Source: a virus (taxonomy: Duplodnaviria; Caudoviricetes). Taken from it: a DNA stretch of 35,590 bases. The translations under genes and the position numbers were made by a program. Where the stretch lies: positions 1-35,590 of IMG/VR virus record IMGVR_UViG_3300037419_002816. The stretch is one strand, 5' to 3'. The notes beneath the pieces are model-generated. The model had not been told where the DNA came from and searched no databases. It saw nothing but the letters and a program-made list of their open reading frames with translations. Position 1 is the stretch's first letter, and each line of letters begins with the position of its first letter. Shown here in pieces: positions 26,028-34,610 of this stretch.

Positions 26028-26317
26028 CCATCGACGAAGCCGTGGGCGAACTAATCGCCTGCGGCGCTGTTTCATATGAAACAGCATTGGGCCTGACCAT
26101 CCCGCAAATCGAGTTCCTGTACGAGGCGCGCCAACGCGCTCTTGCTGGCCAACGCGCCGACTTCGTGGCGGACGTGCAGCGGGCCGTCAACGGCTCCATG
26201 GGTGAAGCTGGCCACAAGGCGATGCAGTCCTACATCGCCAGGTTGGAAGCCATCGAGCGCGGCACGCCCGCCGAGCCGGACGTTGGCTACACGGGAGATG
26301 ACGCCGTCGTTCTCTGA
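25955..26317 (+). CDS. Tail assembly chaperone -1 frameshift extension (GT)
   Basis: The -1 frame stays open from GTA-AAA-AAA-C to 26317 (TIDEAVGELI...LGLTIPQIEFLY). Confidence 0.7.
   Translation, partial: KKTPAGPDGADGGQGSGANGARSVTIDEAVGELIACGAVSYETALGLTIPQIEFLYEARQRALAGQRADFVADVQRAVNGSMGEAGHKAMQSYIARLEAIERGTPAEPDVGYTGDDAVVL
26066..26085. other. Perfect 20-bp parS-like palindrome
   Basis: GCTGTTTCATATGAAACAGC; core differs from TGTTTCACGTGAAACA only at the central 2 nt. Confidence 0.55.
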
Positions 26318-26330
26318 GGCGCACTCCTGA

Positions 26331-29300
26331 ATGACCTCACCCCTCGCCCTTTCCTTCCGCATCGACGCTGAAACCGCAGCTGCTCTCAAGCAGCTGCAAG
26401 GCTTCCAGCGTCAGCTTCAAGCCCTCAACGGCATTCCCGCCATCCCGGACCCCACGGCGGGTGTGCGGACTGGCGCCGCTGCAACCTCTATGTCGCTGGG
26501 CGGCCTGCTCGGCGCGCTCGCTGCGGTGGCCAGTGCTGCCACCGCCGTCGGCGCAGCGTTCAAAGCCGGCTTCAAGAGCAACGCCGAAACTGAGTCCGCG
26601 GTGTTGGGCATCAAGTCGCTGGTTGCCGCCCTCACGACGGTGCGCGATGAGACGGGCAAGGTCGTCACCGACACCGGCAAGGCCATCGAGGTTTCCGGTG
26701 GCATCGCGGTAGACCAGGTCAAGAAGCTGCGCATCGCGGGCCTACAGACCTCGGCGACTTTCGAGCAGCTGCTGGGCGCCTTCCAGCAAGGCATCGGGGC
26801 CGGCTCCTCCGCCGGACTGGCGCTCGACCAAATCCGCGAACTGACCATTGGCATCACGCAGGCGGCCGGCGCGCTCGGCATGCCGATGCAGCAGCTGAAC
26901 CAGGAGGTTCGTTCGCTGCTGTCCGGTGACATCACAGCGGATTCCACGGTGGCCAAGGCGCTCGGCATCACCAAGAAGCAGGTGGATGCATGGCGCGACG
27001 CCGGCAAGCTGGCCGATGAACTGAACAAGCGGCTCGAGGTCTTCAAGCGCCTGGGCCCCGAAGCTGGTGCGACCTGGACGGCCACCTTGTCCAACGTGGG
27101 CGACGCAATCTCGCTGGTCCTGGGCGAGATGACCAAAGGCTCGTTCGACGCGCTCAAGCAGACCATTCAGCAAGGCATGAGCGAGGTGTTCGACACCGCC
27201 ACCGTGGGCGTTGCCGACCCCTTCAAGGGCCTGGTCGAGGCCGGCACGACGGCGTTCAATGCCATCGGAACCGTTCTCAACGACGCCCTTGGCGGCGCCA
27301 TTGGCATCGCCAAGGACCTGAGCACCTGGTTCAACAAGAACGCCGACGAGGTCGCAGTCATCGGCAGCGAGTTCGGGGTCATCTACGACAGCGCCAAAGA
27401 CATCCTGAAGACCATCATCAGCGCCGTGGGCGCGGTGGTGGGCTGGAGCGCTGAAACGGGCGTCCTGCGCTCCATCCTGGGCGGCATCGCCCTGTCGCTG
27501 GCTCTCATTCAGGACGGCTTCACCCTCATGAAGGGCCTGGCTGCCGACGTTGGCGGGTACATCCTAGACAAGATGGGCGGCGCTATTCGCTCCGTACTCA
27601 CGAGCATCCGCGACTTCGTGGCTCAGATTCCGGGCATCGGCTCCGGCTTGGCGAATGCCATCGACAGCACCCTCAAGGCGCTGCCCGCCAACGGCGCCGG
27701 CCTGCACGCGCTTGCCAAAGGCATCCAAGCCGACTTCGACGCCGGCCGCACCGCCGTGGCCCGCACGAACGCCGAACTCGCCAAGACCGGCAAGGAACTG
27801 CGCGAGCAGGCCGCCGAGCGCCTGCGTGAGTCCCGCCGCGGCGAGAAGGCGAAAGCGACCGGTTCGGCCACTGGCAAGAAGGCGCCCAAGGACGACAAGA
27901 AGGCCGCTGAGGCCCTTGCGGCAGCCCAGAAGGCATTCGACGACGCCATGCTCCAGGCGGCGAAAAAGGCTGCCGACGCGCAGCGCGAAGTGGCGCAGGC
28001 GAGTCTCGAAGAGGACCTGCAGAAGCGCCTGAAGACGCAGGAACAGTACCTGCGCGCCAAGGCGGACCTGGACAAGAAAGCCATCACCGACGAAGTTGCG
28101 GCGGCCAACACGCGCAAGGCGCAGCTTCAGAGCCAAATCGACGCCGAGAAGGACCCAGCCAAAAAGAAGAAGCTGGAAGCCGACATGGTGAAGCTGAAGG
28201 CGGACATCGACGCGCTCGAGAAGAAGGGCGTTGTCATCGACACCAAGCTTCGCATCGACCTGGAGGAGTTCCGCCGCCAAGTGGAAAGCCTGCGCGTTGA
28301 CATCAAGGCCAACATCATGGACCTTGAGGGCGACAGTGCCGGGGCCGCGAAGGCGCGGCTCCAGAAGGAGACGCAGGACCTGCTGAACGACCCCCGTGTT
28401 CGCGGCGACGTGGACATGGAGGCCACCGTGCGCCGCCAGTCCGACCTGAAGCAGATGCGCATCGACTACGACGAGCAGCAGCGCCTCATCGCCGCGCGCG
28501 CTGACGCTGCCTCGCGTGCCGAGGAACGCATCGCGCTGGCCGTCGACCAAGGGAAGATGACGGCTTTGGAGGCCGAGCGCGCGGTCCACGAGGAGCGGCT
28601 GAAGCAGGCTGACGCCATCCTGGCCAACGTGGAGGCGCTCGAGAAGCTGGCCGCAGAGGCCCCGGGAAACCTGGAACTCGCCAACGGCGCAGCGAAGGCT
28701 CGCCTCGAGTACGACAAGCTGCGCGGCACGCTGGACGCCACGGCCACCAGCATCAACCAGGACCTCAGCCACGGCGCTGTCGACTCGTTTGTAGACAGCC
28801 TCAAGCAAGGTGAGAGCGTCATCCACTCGCTGGGCAGCGCACTGTCGGACGCGTTCGGCAACCTGGCCAAGCGCGTGCTGAAGTCGTTCGAGGACGACCT
28901 GTTCAAAGCGCTTCAAGGAAGTGATGGCCAAGGCATCGGCGGCTTCCTCTCAGGCCTCCTCGGCGGGAAGGGCGGCTTCGACTGGGGCAAGATGTTCTCG
29001 AGCATCGGCTCGTTCTTTGGCTTCGCGACCGGCGGCTGGACGGGTTCAGGCGGCAAGTACCAACCCGCGGGCTTCGTGCACAAGGACGAATTCGTCTACA
29101 CCAAGGCCGAGGTCGGCAAGATGGGTGGGCCGGGCTTCTTCTACGACTTGAAGCGCCGCATCAACAGGGGCAGGGCAATGCGCGGCTACGCGGAAGGCGG
29201 CTTGGTCGGCGGCGGCATGGCAGGCGTCGTGCAGTCGTTCAGCCCGAACTTCTCGCCGAACCTGAGCATGAATCCTCCGGCCATCTTCTTCAGCATGGAC

Positions 29301-29396
29301 GACCTCACGCGCCATCTGGGCCGGCACCCGCAGTTCGGGCGTGATGTAGTCAAGGTCTATTTCGACAACCAGGGCAAGCTGCAAGGACGCAGCTGA
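26331..29396 (+). CDS. Tail tape measure protein
   Basis: 1021 aa, Ala/Gly-rich with coiled coils; C-terminal FATGGWTG.GGKYQPAG.VHKDEFV and YAEGGLVG. Confidence 0.92.
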   Translation: MTSPLALSFRIDAETAAALKQLQGFQRQLQALNGIPAIPDPTAGVRTGAAATSMSLGGLLGALAAVASAATAVGAAFKAGFKSNAETESAVLGIKSLVAALTTVRDETGKVVTDTGKAIEVSGGIAVDQVKKLRIAGLQTSATFEQLLGAFQQGIGAGSSAGLALDQIRELTIGITQAAGALGMPMQQLNQEVRSLLSGDITADSTVAKALGITKKQVDAWRDAGKLADELNKRLEVFKRLGPEAGATWTATLSNVGDAISLVLGEMTKGSFDALKQTIQQGMSEVFDTATVGVADPFKGLVEAGTTAFNAIGTVLNDALGGAIGIAKDLSTWFNKNADEVAVIGSEFGVIYDSAKDILKTIISAVGAVVGWSAETGVLRSILGGIALSLALIQDGFTLMKGLAADVGGYILDKMGGAIRSVLTSIRDFVAQIPGIGSGLANAIDSTLKALPANGAGLHALAKGIQADFDAGRTAVARTNAELAKTGKELREQAAERLRESRRGEKAKATGSATGKKAPKDDKKAAEALAAAQKAFDDAMLQAAKKAADAQREVAQASLEEDLQKRLKTQEQYLRAKADLDKKAITDEVAAANTRKAQLQSQIDAEKDPAKKKKLEADMVKLKADIDALEKKGVVIDTKLRIDLEEFRRQVESLRVDIKANIMDLEGDSAGAAKARLQKETQDLLNDPRVRGDVDMEATVRRQSDLKQMRIDYDEQQRLIAARADAASRAEERIALAVDQGKMTALEAERAVHEERLKQADAILANVEALEKLAAEAPGNLELANGAAKARLEYDKLRGTLDATATSINQDLSHGAVDSFVDSLKQGESVIHSLGSALSDAFGNLAKRVLKSFEDDLFKALQGSDGQGIGGFLSGLLGGKGGFDWGKMFSSIGSFFGFATGGWTGSGGKYQPAGFVHKDEFVYTKAEVGKMGGPGFFYDLKRRINRGRAMRGYAEGGLVGGGMAGVVQSFSPNFSPNLSMNPPAIFFSMDDLTRHLGRHPQFGRDVVKVYFDNQGKLQGRS

Positions 29397-29418
29397 AACG
29401 AGGGTTGCTATACGGAGG

Positions 29419-29498
29419 TGCAAGGTTCTTCTTCATGGCCTTGTTCTCCTGAGTGTGTTGTTGTGGGAGGGGGTGGCGAAAGCTGCCCCCTCTTTTTT
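29419..29498 (+). ncRNA. Candidate ~80-nt sRNA
   Basis: Promoter motif GCTATACG at 29407-29414 and terminator GAGGGGGTGGC-GAAA-GCTGCCCCCTC-TTTTTT at 29467-29498, with no complete ORF between. Confidence 0.45.
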
Positions 29499-29500
29499 CT

Positions 29501-29623
29501 TCACCACCGGAGCGCAACCCGCAGCAGCGTGGCGTTGAAGGCAATCCAGGTGCCGACGAGCGCCAGGTCGAATGCGTCTGCGCGTCGGGCGCGCATCTTG
29601 CGGAGAGCGGTACTGCGAAACAT
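29501..29623 (-). CDS. Small membrane peptide (40 aa)
   Basis: Manual translation MFRSTALRKMRARRADAFDLALVGTWIAFNATLLRVALRW; below the ORF-track cutoff. Confidence 0.4.
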   Translation of the reverse strand: MFRSTALRKMRARRADAFDLALVGTWIAFNATLLRVALRW

Positions 29624-29751
29624 GCTGACAATTGTTGAGTTGCCCTCGACCTCGCGCGACGCTATTTGGTCCAACCTGTGAGCCTGGCCACAGGTTGGCG
29701 TATGGACCGCGCGACATGCGCTCCAGGCGCGTGAATTAGCTACACGGGAGG

Positions 29752-30615
29752 ATGCCCTCCCCTTTCCTGTTCTCTGCCCCTCGTGACGCCCGCAATCCAG
29801 TCGTAGAGCGCCTGGAGTGGCTCACGGACGTCCAGACCTCCAAGGGAGGGAAAGAGCGAAGGAGCCAGCGGCGCGCCTTCCCCCGCCACACGTACACGTT
29901 CGATGTCTTCACGCCGACGCCGGCCGCTGCCGCATGCCTGGCGGCGCTTCGCACGCAGTCCGATTTCCTGGTGCCGCTCTGGTGCCACGTGTTCGAGCGT
30001 CCCGCCACTTCGCCGGACGCAGGCATTGAGGCTGTCGCGCCCCAGGTGGCGCTACTTGACCACGCCGGGAACGCCTTCCAAGCCGCGGCTCCCATTGGCT
30101 GGTCCGATACCTACGACGTCGCTGCGCCCCTCGCGCGCGCCCGGTTTGCCGCCGACCAGCGGGGCATCTCGCACGCGACCTGGCAGGTGAGCCTCGCGTC
30201 CGTGTCGTTCCGGCTCATCGACTTCCACGAGGCCGTGCCGGCCTACAGCGGCCCGGTGTCCGCTAGCCGCCCGGCGCTGCCCCTGCTGGACTCCCTCACG
30301 GAAGCCGGTGACAGCCTTGCGGAGCAAATCGACGTGAACACCGATTCCGCCGACAACGGGCTCATCGACCTGTACGAGGTTCGATACGTGAAGCGAACCT
30401 ACACGCTGAACGTGGTCCTGAACACGCGCGAGAAGGTGCTGGCCTTCCGCTCGCTCCTCTTCACGCTGCGCGGGCGCCTGAACCCTGTCCGGTGGACGGC
30501 TCCCGGCGACGCCGAAGAAAAGACCTGGCGCCTCGCTTCCGACGCGGTCGAACTCACCTACCCGTGCCCTGGCCGGGCTTCCTGTACGTTGTCGCTCACC
30601 GAACTCGACGAATGA
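29752..30615 (+). CDS. Distal tail / minor tail protein
   Basis: ERLEWLTDV..SKGGKERR...R..PR motif and F..LRGR..P; follows TMP. Confidence 0.75.
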   Translation: MPSPFLFSAPRDARNPVVERLEWLTDVQTSKGGKERRSQRRAFPRHTYTFDVFTPTPAAAACLAALRTQSDFLVPLWCHVFERPATSPDAGIEAVAPQVALLDHAGNAFQAAAPIGWSDTYDVAAPLARARFAADQRGISHATWQVSLASVSFRLIDFHEAVPAYSGPVSASRPALPLLDSLTEAGDSLAEQIDVNTDSADNGLIDLYEVRYVKRTYTLNVVLNTREKVLAFRSLLFTLRGRLNPVRWTAPGDAEEKTWRLASDAVELTYPCPGRASCTLSLTELDE

Positions 30616-31412
30616 TTTACCTGTACCGGTTCTCCCTGTATTCCAAGCCGCGCGGTGGCACCCTCGTCAAGGAGTGGTGCCGCACCAGCTATGAGAAGCC
30701 CGTCGCGAACGCCGCCTATCCCGGTCTGACGTTCGAGCCGCTGGCCAACCTGGGCCACAACGAGGTTCGCTACGACAGCGAGAAGAGCGCCGGCCAAATC
30801 AGCGTCACCGCGCCGCGGGACTTCGAGGTGGCGGCAATGTTCCTGGGCGGCTACCCGTACGGGAGCATCTACCTGCGCGTCATCGAAGTCGAGTCCGAGG
30901 CGTCCGATGCGCTCGCCCAAGTGGTCTGGATGGGGCGCGTGCGCAGCTGCTCGTTCGATGCCATCGGTGCGACGTTCTCCGGCACGGACGGCCGCGAGAT
31001 GCTTCAGCGCCTCGGTCTTCGCCTCACCGGCGGCGCCGCGTGCCAATGGGACCTCTACGGCGAGGACTGCGGCGTCAACGAGGCGGCATACACGCGCGCC
31101 GGGTCCGTGCTGTCCGTCTCCGCGGACGGCCTTGAGGTTTCCACCACGCTCGCGGAAGCGGACAACTGGTTCAAGGCCGGCAAGTTGCGCGTGCGCGGTC
31201 AGGCCCGCATGGTCCTGAAGAACGTGGGCGGCGTGCTGACGCTCATGTCGCCCATCCCGGGCCTGGCTGCCGGCGACGCTGTCCAGGCGCTGAAAGGCTG
31301 CGACCGCACCTCCAGCGCCACCACGGGCTGCAAGTCCTTCAACAACTACCTGCGTTTCTCCGGCTTCGACGGCTTCGAAACGCCGAAAAACATCTTCGCC
31401 GAGGGAGCCTGA
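30612..31412 (+). CDS. Tail hub protein, DUF2163/BR0599 family
   Basis: CQWDLYG..CGV, WFKAG, GCDRT....C..FNN..RF.GF. Confidence 0.82.
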   Translation: MIYLYRFSLYSKPRGGTLVKEWCRTSYEKPVANAAYPGLTFEPLANLGHNEVRYDSEKSAGQISVTAPRDFEVAAMFLGGYPYGSIYLRVIEVESEASDALAQVVWMGRVRSCSFDAIGATFSGTDGREMLQRLGLRLTGGAACQWDLYGEDCGVNEAAYTRAGSVLSVSADGLEVSTTLAEADNWFKAGKLRVRGQARMVLKNVGGVLTLMSPIPGLAAGDAVQALKGCDRTSSATTGCKSFNNYLRFSGFDGFETPKNIFAEGA

Positions 31413-31413
31413 G

Positions 31414-33957
31414 ATGTGGTTTGACTTCCTCATGTACATCGGCAAGTTCCTGCTGATGCAGGCCCTCAGCGAACTGCTGCGGCCGCGGAACAAGCAACGC
31501 AACCCCGCCGGCACGCTGAAGGACATCAGCTTCCCGACGGTCGACCCGACGCGCCCGATTCAGTGGCTGATGGGCCGCCGCATGATTGACAACGCCAACC
31601 TTTTCGGGACGTTCGACTTCCGCGGTGTGGAGCGCTCGAAGAAGGTGAAAACGGGCCTGTTCACCAAGGACACGGTGCCGCTGCCTCCAGAGTACTACAT
31701 CTCCGCCGGCATGGTGCTTTGCGGCGGTAAGGGCGTTCGCCTGCGCGAAATCTGGGTCGGGGAACGTCTCGCCTGGACCGGCAATGTGGGCAACGGCGCG
31801 CAGGTGCCTATCAGCGTTTCCTGGACCGAAGATGGCCAGGAGGACGCGCCGCGCGGCATCATCGGGACCATCGAGTTCTACTCGGGCTCGACGACGCCCA
31901 GCGCCTATCTGGAGGCCAAGCGAGGCGCCGGCAACGTGCCCGCGTGGTCGCACCTCACCTACGTCGTGATGCGCGGCACCTCCAGCGGCGGTGCCTGGAT
32001 TGGCACTAGCCGCCAAGTCGAACAGCTGAAGTTCGTGTGCGAACGGATGCCGTCGGAAGAGTCCACCGGCATCGGTGCACTCGCTGCATCCGGTGAAGTG
32101 GGCAACGACGCGAACCCCGCCTACGGGGCGGCGGAAGTCATCACGAGCAAGCAGTACGGCGCCGGCATCGACCCGGTGCTGCTGAACCCGGCCAGCGTGA
32201 ACGAGGCCGCACAGGTGTTCCTGGCCGAGGCCCACGGCACCTCGCAGCTGTGGGACAACCAGCGCGTCTCGGGCGACGTCGTGCTTGAACTGTGCCGCCA
32301 GACCGGCATGGTGTTGCAGCCGGACCCCACCACCGGCCTTCTGGAAATGAAGGTCCTGCGCGCGGCCGACGAGCCCGTTCTGGTGCTGGACGACTCGAAT
32401 ATCGACAGGATTGACGAGTTCACCCGGTCCACGATGGACGAAGCCACGAACGCCATGACGGTGCAGTACACCGACCCGGCCGACAAGTGGACGCAGAAGT
32501 CCACCGACGCTCAAGACCTGGGCGCAATCGAGGTGGCCGGCCAAGTTGTCGCGGGCACTTCCAGCTACGCTGGCATCACCAACGCGGCCCTCGCCGGGAC
32601 GTTGGCGCTGCGCGACTTGCGGGCAATTTCTTCGCCGCTGGCCACCGCACGACTGAGGGCAATCGTGCCCCAGCGCCAGCGCTTCATGCCTGGCGACGCG
32701 GTCATGTTCTCCTCGCTGGAGCACGGGGTGGTGAGCCTGCGCATGCGCGTCACCAGCGCCCGCTACGCGAACCCCGGAGAGGCCCTTTGCGACCTCGAAT
32801 TGGTGGAAGACGTGTTCCGCTCCGGCGAGGCTGTCTACGGTGTTCCCGCGGCCGTGGGCAATGCATCCAACGCGCTCACGGCGCCATCCACCGTCGGCAG
32901 TGGTGGCGGCCAGGACCTCATTAGCGCGCCCTACGCATTGACCGGCGACGACGCCGACCGCGCGATGTATTACGCCTTCGCGCCGAACGTCATGACGACC
33001 TCGTACGACCTCGCCTGGTCGAACAAGGACCCGTCCTACTCCGACCTTTCCAGCTGCTCGCTTCCGCCGGAATACCACCAGCGCGGGAACATCGGCTTCG
33101 CCGCCAAGGGCACGCTTGCCGCCGCCCTGCCCGACATCGTGGCCCCCGGCGCCATCGTCCTGAACGTGGACGCAGCGAACGCCGCCACGCTCCAGCGCTT
33201 CGGAAGCCAAGCCGCCTTTGTCTTGGTCGGGACCGAGGTTCTGCAAGTCACTGGCATCGCGGTCAACACCGCCGGCACCCAAGCCACGCTGACGGGAATC
33301 ACGCGCGGTCTGTGGGATACCGTCCCTGTTGCAGCAGGCGTCGGGAGCACCGTTGTCGTCCTGTGCGACTACGCCATCGACGTCGCCCCTATGACCACCA
33401 CGGTCACCACAGACACCCACGCAGTGGCCATGACCATCAATGGCCAGGCCAGCCTGTGCGCGTGGGCGTATGGGCGGAACGCGCGAGGCGTCTCGGCCGC
33501 CGGCGGAGCGATTCCATTCAGCTACTCAAACGACTGGAACAGCCAAAGCGACCCGCCAGGACCAGCGCGCGCGGCGCTCCCGTACACGCCGGGGAATATC
33601 AAGGTGAACAGTGTGTTTGGCTCGAGCACGCAAGCTGCCGCGCCTGGAGTGAGCGGCACGCTGACCGTGACGTGGACGCCGCGGAACCGCCTGACTGACG
33701 GACCTTCGGCCTGGGCGGCTGAAACCGGCAGCAGTGAGCCGTCCACGTACACCACCGTTGCAACCCAGAAGTGGAACGGCTCCTTCTGGACGACCGTCGC
33801 CACGACGACCGTGAACCCGGGTGTGACCTCCGCTGTTGTGTCCGCACCTGTGGGGCCCTTCCGTCTGTTGGTCTCCAGCTACCGAACTGCAACGGGCATA
33901 AGCGGCGGCGTCTCCGACGTCAGAGGCCAAGTCTGGTACTTCAACCGGACGTCGTGA
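31414..33957 (+). CDS. Tail tip / central fibre protein (Phage-tail_3-like)
   Basis: FPT....RPI, DANPA, V.YTDP..KW, PGD.V, TWTPRNR motifs. Confidence 0.8.
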   Translation: MWFDFLMYIGKFLLMQALSELLRPRNKQRNPAGTLKDISFPTVDPTRPIQWLMGRRMIDNANLFGTFDFRGVERSKKVKTGLFTKDTVPLPPEYYISAGMVLCGGKGVRLREIWVGERLAWTGNVGNGAQVPISVSWTEDGQEDAPRGIIGTIEFYSGSTTPSAYLEAKRGAGNVPAWSHLTYVVMRGTSSGGAWIGTSRQVEQLKFVCERMPSEESTGIGALAASGEVGNDANPAYGAAEVITSKQYGAGIDPVLLNPASVNEAAQVFLAEAHGTSQLWDNQRVSGDVVLELCRQTGMVLQPDPTTGLLEMKVLRAADEPVLVLDDSNIDRIDEFTRSTMDEATNAMTVQYTDPADKWTQKSTDAQDLGAIEVAGQVVAGTSSYAGITNAALAGTLALRDLRAISSPLATARLRAIVPQRQRFMPGDAVMFSSLEHGVVSLRMRVTSARYANPGEALCDLELVEDVFRSGEAVYGVPAAVGNASNALTAPSTVGSGGGQDLISAPYALTGDDADRAMYYAFAPNVMTTSYDLAWSNKDPSYSDLSSCSLPPEYHQRGNIGFAAKGTLAAALPDIVAPGAIVLNVDAANAATLQRFGSQAAFVLVGTEVLQVTGIAVNTAGTQATLTGITRGLWDTVPVAAGVGSTVVVLCDYAIDVAPMTTTVTTDTHAVAMTINGQASLCAWAYGRNARGVSAAGGAIPFSYSNDWNSQSDPPGPARAALPYTPGNIKVNSVFGSSTQAAAPGVSGTLTVTWTPRNRLTDGPSAWAAETGSSEPSTYTTVATQKWNGSFWTTVATTTVNPGVTSAVVSAPVGPFRLLVSSYRTATGISGGVSDVRGQVWYFNRTS

Positions 33958-33998
33958 CGTAGCGCTTTCTACACGAGGGACACCGAAAGGGTCCCTCA

Positions 33999-34610
33999 AT
34001 GCTTCCAGAGCAACTCGCCGCTGCGACCGGCTGCGGCCTTCCCCGCGCGACCATCTTCGCCCCCGCCATTGAGTGGGCGGCCGCGGCTTGGGGCATCAAC
34101 ACCCCGCTGCGCATGGCCGCCTTCGTCGGCCAGTTGGCGCACGAGAGCGCGCTGTTTTCGAGGCTCGAAGAGAACCTGACGTACAGCACCGCCGAGCGCC
34201 TCATGGAAGTCTGGCCGTCGGTGTTTCCGACGCAGGAAGCAGCCAGGCCGTTCGTCAAGAACCCAGCTGCTCTGGCCGAGAAAGTCTACGGCGGACGAAT
34301 GGGAAACAAGGTCGCCGGGGACGCCTTCAAGTACCGCGGCCGCGGGCTCATTCAGCTGACTGGCAAGGAAGCCTACGTCGCCTACATGATGGCCAGCGGC
34401 AGCGACGCCGTGAACAACCCGGACGCTCTCCTGAAGCCCGCGTGCGCGGCCGATTCGGCGGGCTGGTTCTGGTCCAAGAACGGCTGCAACGCCTTCGCGG
34501 ACAAGCGCGATTGGACCGGCCTGACGCGCCGAATCAACGGCGGAACGAAGGGCTTCACGGTGCGCATCGCACTCACGCAGAAGGCGATGAAAGCGCTCGG
34601 GGTGAGTTAG
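33999..34610 (+). CDS. Endolysin, glycoside hydrolase family 19
   Basis: AAFVGQLAHES, EENLTYS, YGGRMGN, YRGRGLIQLTGK, TRRINGG. Confidence 0.92.
   Translation: MLPEQLAAATGCGLPRATIFAPAIEWAAAAWGINTPLRMAAFVGQLAHESALFSRLEENLTYSTAERLMEVWPSVFPTQEAARPFVKNPAALAEKVYGGRMGNKVAGDAFKYRGRGLIQLTGKEAYVAYMMASGSDAVNNPDALLKPACAADSAGWFWSKNGCNAFADKRDWTGLTRRINGGTKGFTVRIALTQKAMKALGVS

Noticed and set aside
11782-30406. In-gene CTACACG hits (about 11782, 18898, 30400)
   Set aside because: Explained by Tyr-Thr codons and not positioned before a start, so not counted as promoters.
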